A DNA stretch of 63,944 bases, the filler included, from Octopus bimaculoides (taxonomy: Eukaryota), in assembly GCF_001194135.2 (NCBI RefSeq). It is 6 parts of 6 records of this genome, joined end to end, with 100 filler letters (N's around TTAATTAATTAA, not from the genome) between each part and the next. Parts side by side here need not be neighbours in the genome. Positions count along the whole stretch, not along the records: positions 54,597 to 62,177 come from NC_069002.1; positions 62,278 to 63,944 come from NC_069006.1; 4 more parts are not named here. One strand, written 5' to 3'. The translations under genes were made by a program, and so were the position numbers. The notes under the pieces were generated by a model that was not told the DNA's origin, did not search any database, and saw only the letters and a program-made list of their open reading frames with translations. Position 1 is the first letter of the stretch; every line of letters begins with the position of its first letter. Positions 59,161 through 63,944 of the stretch are shown piece by piece.

Positions 59161-61540
59161 ATCATTGCGTACCATTTCCCTCTCAATCAACGCAGTCCAA
59201 ATCTTAGTTTTTTTTTTTAAAGAATAACCCCCACACAAAACCATAATGATATGCTAGGGTTCAAAAGTTAGTTTGCTGTGTTTTTCATCTTGATTTTGAC
59301 AATAGTTACTGAGAACTCTCAGCAGAGGACTCAACTAAGTTAAGCTGAATGTATGGTTTATATAATAGTTCATTTTTATTGGGACCTCTTCACAATGAGG
59401 TCAGTCATCGCAATGTCAAGATAGTTAAGGTCCTTGCGTAGCTGGTACTCTTCATCCGCCTCATACTTAAATCAATAGTGCAGAAATTTCCGGTCATTAG
59501 TTCTCAGCTTCTCTCTGATATCTACAATCTTCGTTTTTATTCGTCGCCATTACGTTTCTGCTTTTTCTTCTGTTTTTGTGTATCATTTTCTCGATTCGGA
59601 TTTTCTTGCCAATGAAGTCTGCAGTAGACAAAGAGATTTTATCAAATCTCCTACACTTGACCTCAGCGGAACATCAACATCAGCACCATAATTGCTACGA
59701 ATATATATAGAGTTTCGCTGGCGNNNNNNNNNNNNNNNNNNNNNNNNNNNNNNNNNNNNNNNNNNNNNNNNNNNNNNNNNNNNNNNNNNNNNNNNNNNNN
59801 NNNNNNNNNNNNNNNNNNNNNNNNNNNNNNNNNNNNNNNNNNNNNNNNNNNNNNNNNNNNNNNNNNNNNNNNNNNNNNNNNNNNNNNNNNNNNNNNNNNN
59901 NNNNNNNNNNNNNNNNNNNNNNNNNNNNNNNNNNNNNNNNNNNNNNNNNNNNNNNNNNNNNNNNNNNNNNNNNNNNNNNNNNNNNNNNNNNNNNNNNNNN
60001 NNNNNNNNNNNNNNNNNNNNNNNNNNNNNNNNNNNNNNNNNNNNNNNNNNNNNNNNNNNNNNNNNNNNNNNNNNNNNNNNNNNNNNNNNNNNNNNNNNNN
60101 NNNNNNNNNNNNNNNNNNNNNNNNNNNNNNNNNNNNNNNNNNNNNNNNNNNNNNNNNNNNNNNNNNNNNNNNNNNNNNNNNNNNNNNNNNNNNNNNNNNN
60201 NNNNNNNNNNNNNNNNNNNNNNNNNNNNNNNNNNNNNNNNNNNNNNNNNNNNNNNNNNNNNNNNNNNNNNNNNNNNNNNNNNNNNNNNNNNNNNNNNNNN
60301 NNNNNNNNNNNNNNNNNNNNNNNNNNNNNNNNNNNNNNNNNNNNNNNNNNNNNNNNNNNNNNNNNNNNNNNNNNNNNNNNNNNNNNNNNNNNNNNNNNNN
60401 NNNNNNNNNNNNNNNNNNNNNNNNNNNNNNNNNNNNNNNNNNNNNNNNNNNNNNNNNNNNNNNNNNNNNNNNNNNNNNNNNNNNNNNNNNNNNNNNNNNN
60501 NNNNNNNNNNNNNNNNNNNNNNNNNNNNNNNNNNNNNNNNNNNNNNNNATATATATATATATACGTGCACACACATTTAACACAGGCACAAGCAACGTAC
60601 AAACACATACACACGTACACGCAAAGACATACACATGCAAATAGATACAAATACACTCGCTAACATGCTCATATATTCTTCAAGCACAGAGAGGGGGGAG
60701 GAAGAGAGGGATGGAGAGAGGAAGGGAGAGACAGAGGTAGAGAGAAGAGGGAGATGAGGATTCGAAGCAACAAAGAGAAGTGATGAAGCCTTGAAAATTT
60801 TAGATAAAACCATGTTTTTAGCTATTTGATTTACTTCCGTGATAAATTCGATGAGTGACGTAATTTCCCCTCTCCCCTCCCTCCGATACCATCCTTATAT
60901 GGTAAAAATTATTATCTTATGCTGCAGGATGCATGTTCATCCTGGTTCTTCATATCAATGCCTTACCAAAAATACAAGCTCGTTTTTGAAGTTCATTTGG
61001 CGTCTTAAAATTTGAACTTTTATTCTATGTGAATATTTCTCTGCGGATTAGTCGTTGATAGAAAAATGCAAAGCAAAATACATGTAGCATGATAGCCACA
61101 TGGTAAAATCAATGCATTGGGCCCTAAAGTGTTTTTTTACGGATAGCAAGTCACAGTATACATAGATCAAAATGGCACCCTTAAAACTGTGGAGCTTTCG
61201 GACTCTTTGGCCCACTCGGATGCGTATGGAGTAGTGTTAGCGTTGATATGTGGATTAGATTCTGGCCTAGGTTAGCTCGTCATTTTTCAGTCAATTGTTT
61301 ATATAAAAAATGTCGCTTTAAATAGGAGTATATATACATGTTATTATCCTTGTATATTATTATATAGTTATTATTGTATATATACTTTTATTCTTTTATT
61401 TGTTTCAGTCATTTGACTGCAGCTATGCTGGAACAGTGCCTTTGTATACACACGCAAACACACACTATCTATCTATCGATCGATCGATAGATAGATAGAT
61501 AGATAAAGAGAATGAAGGATTTGAGCATTCAGACTGTTTA

Positions 61541-61717
61541 TTTACTGTTGATTTATTCATAATAACTGTCCGACACGTGTTTCGATTTCATTATTTCCAT
61601 ATTGTTGCATATTCATATGCGGATATTGCATATTTTTGCATATAAATATGCAACAATATGCAATTAACGCGATCGAAACACGTGTCGGACAATTATTATG
61701 AATAAACAAGCAGTAAA
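61541..61717. repeat. Nested inverted repeat (hairpin element)
   Basis: 35-bp arms TTTATTCATAATAA(C/T)TGTCCGACACGTGTTTCGAT (one mismatch) at 61552-61586 and 61672-61706, plus a perfect inner 16-bp pair CATATTGTTGCATATT / AATATGCAACAATATG. Confidence 0.92.
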
Positions 61718-62494
61718 TGAGCGTAAAGTTTGTATTTCAAATTCTCCTTTCCCTTTATTATCACTAAGTAACCAAGAAGTAAACTTCAACATCATATGTT
61801 CTTTATCTATTTCCTTAACTTCTTGGAGTAGCTTCTCTGCTGGAGTGAACACAACATGTTCTTTGTCTATCTCCTTAACTTCTTGGAGATTTTAGGTATA
61901 ATTATACTAGTGTGTCCATCTGTTCTAATTTAATTAAATTCTATGTCTTTGTGCAGCTGAGGATTGCTTTGCAATTTAAATCGATGTAATGATTGCATTG
62001 TTCAATTAAATGGAGTTGCATGAAACGATCGTACTGCATTACCTCTGGATATCCTTGTTGCTCATTTTGATCTGAATCACTTACTTTGAAATTGTATGGA
62101 TAATACCGTACTAAATTCTGATGCGTCAACTTAAGTACCATATTCAACTGGATCTATCTATTTATCTGTCTCTCTGTNNNNNNNNNNNNNNNNNNNNNNN
62201 NNNNNNNNNNNNNNNNNNNNNTTAATTAATTAANNNNNNNNNNNNNNNNNNNNNNNNNNNNNNNNNNNNNNNNNNNNTCTCTCTCTCTCTCTCTCTCTCC
62301 CTCTCTCTCTCTCTCTCTCATATCTATCTATCTACCTATCTATTTATCTACAATTGTATACTTTGTGCAGTGTGTCCGAATTTTCTGGAGAGAGTGATCA
62401 ACGTAACGCGATGCAGCCATGATATTGTAACCAACCCAAATATTTCGGCTACGTTTGGAATATTTTGTCGGTACGTATTTTGGTTTCTCTGTAT

Positions 62495-62720
62495 TCTTTT
62501 CTACTCCAGGCACAAGGCCCGAAATTTTTGGGGAGGGGGCCAATCGATTAGATCGACCCCAGTACGCAACTGGTACTTAATTTATCGATCCCGAAAGGAT
62601 GAAAGGCAAAGTCGACCTCGGCGGAATTTGAACTCAGAATGTAAAGACAGACGAAATACCGCTAAGCATTTCACCCGGAGTGCTAACGTTTCTGCCAAAT
62701 TCGCCGCTTTTGCTTCCCTT
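62495..62720 (-). mobile_element. tRNA-derived SINE (Nin-like family)
   Basis: Contains GAAAGGATGAAAGGCAAAGTCGACCTCGGCGGAATTTGAACTCAG. Confidence 0.85.
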
Positions 62721-62744
62721 GTATTGTCACAATATATTTGCAGC

Positions 62745-63100
62745 CACGTGGTTTCAGGTTCGGTCCCACTGCGTAGCACCTTGGGCAGCTGCCTTCTACA
62801 GTAGTCCCGGGCCGATCAGTATGTTACGATTGAATTTCGTAAACGGAAACAAGGTAGAAGCCCGTCGTGTATATATATATGGTTTTGTCGTTGAGTTTGT
62901 TCACCTTAAGGATTCACAACTGGTGTCGGTTTGTTTATGTCTGCTTTAATTTAGCAGTTCGGCAGAAGTTCCCGATAGAAAACCCACCGGACATAAAAAG
63001 GAAAAGTATGTACTGGGATCGATTTGTTCGACATAAAACCCTTCAAGGTGGTGCCCCAGCATGGCCGTAGTCCAATGACTGAAATAAGTAAAAGAAGATA
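62745..63100 (+). mobile_element. tRNA-derived SINE (family of 34829)
   Basis: Contains GGTTCGGTCCCACTGCGTAGCACCTTGGGCAG...CCAGCATGGCCGTAGTCCAATGACTGAAATAAGTAAAAGA. Confidence 0.8.
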
Positions 63101-63237
63101 AAAGAGGGTATGCTTGTAAATGTTGTTGTTGTTGCTTCCGCATCAGATCATCTCGAATTACAGCAACAAACCAACACCGGTTGTCAAGCGGTAAAGGATT
63201 AAGGGTGACACACAAACGCAAAAGCACACACGTACAC

Positions 63238-63296
<59 letters not shown>

Positions 63297-63354
63297 AATC
63301 TATCTGTCTGTCAGTCTGTCTGCCTGCTTGCCTGTGTATCTGTCTACCTTATTT

Positions 63355-63580
63355 CTTTACTGCCCACAAGGCGCTACACACAGAGGGTACAAACAAGGAC
63401 AGACCAACGGATTAAGTCGATTCTATCGACCCCAGTGCGTAACTGGTACTTATTTAATCGACCCCGAAAGGATGAAAGGAAAAGTCGACCTCGGCAGAAT
63501 TTGAACACAGAACGTAGCAGCAGATGAAATACCGCTAAGCATTTTGCCCTGCGTGCTAACGTTTCTGCCAGCTCACCGTC
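63355..63580 (-). mobile_element. tRNA-derived SINE (Nin-like family)
   Basis: Contains ATCGACCCCGAAAGGATGAAAGGAAAAGTCGACCTCGGCAGAATTTGAAC. Confidence 0.85.
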
Positions 63581-63609
63581 TGATCTGTCTACCTTACCAA
63601 CCAACCTAC

Positions 63610-63669
<60 letters not shown>

Positions 63670-63944
63670 TTTACTCTTTTACACGTTTCAGTCATCTAAC
63701 TGCGGCCATGCTGGAGCACCGCCTTTAGTCGAACAAATCGAACCCAGGACTTATTCTTCGACACCTGACGCGTGGTAGACAGAGTAACTGTTCAGGCAAC
63801 GTTGATTTGATGGAGGGAGTGAACTCCTGTACGACACATACATTGGATCTCTATAAACAAATCATTTGTGCAGGGTTGTACGGCAAGGCTGAACACCTAC
63901 ACCTCTTCCGACGAGAGAGTCCTTCACACACACACACACACACA

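Overview
AT-rich eukaryotic scaffold, gappy and dense in microsatellites and transposable elements. The SINE/LINE families and the C2H2 gene style suggest an octopus genome (inference, not a database result). Five N44-TTAATTAATTAA-N44 join markers divide the window into six segments, so adjacency across those joins is unproven. Host genes: three internal exons of condensin subunit SMC4 (minus strand, hinge region); five exons of the JAMM deubiquitinase BRCC3/BRCC36 (minus strand, first and last exons not found); an intronless 518-aa TSSK-like pseudokinase with a Cys/His-rich N-terminus (plus strand); and a 451-aa C2H2 zinc-finger ORF with 15 complete fingers (plus strand). The rest is mostly decayed RTE, CR1, Tx1-like and restriction-like-endonuclease (R4/Dong-like) retrotransposons, Tc1/mariner remnants, a DINE-1/HINE-like element, tRNA-derived SINEs and Penelope-like termini. 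Most notable: (1) exactly six GGTTAG units added onto a host TAG inside a BRCC3 intron and followed by an 86-nt GC-rich orphan segment, which resembles telomerase synthesis reading past its template boundary; (2) the pseudokinase with HRN and GFG in place of HRD and DFG; (3) several minimal hammerhead-ribozyme motifs; (4) retrotransposons sitting precisely inside (AAT)n and (ACAT)n arrays. No CRISPR array, rRNA or genuine tRNA gene was found.
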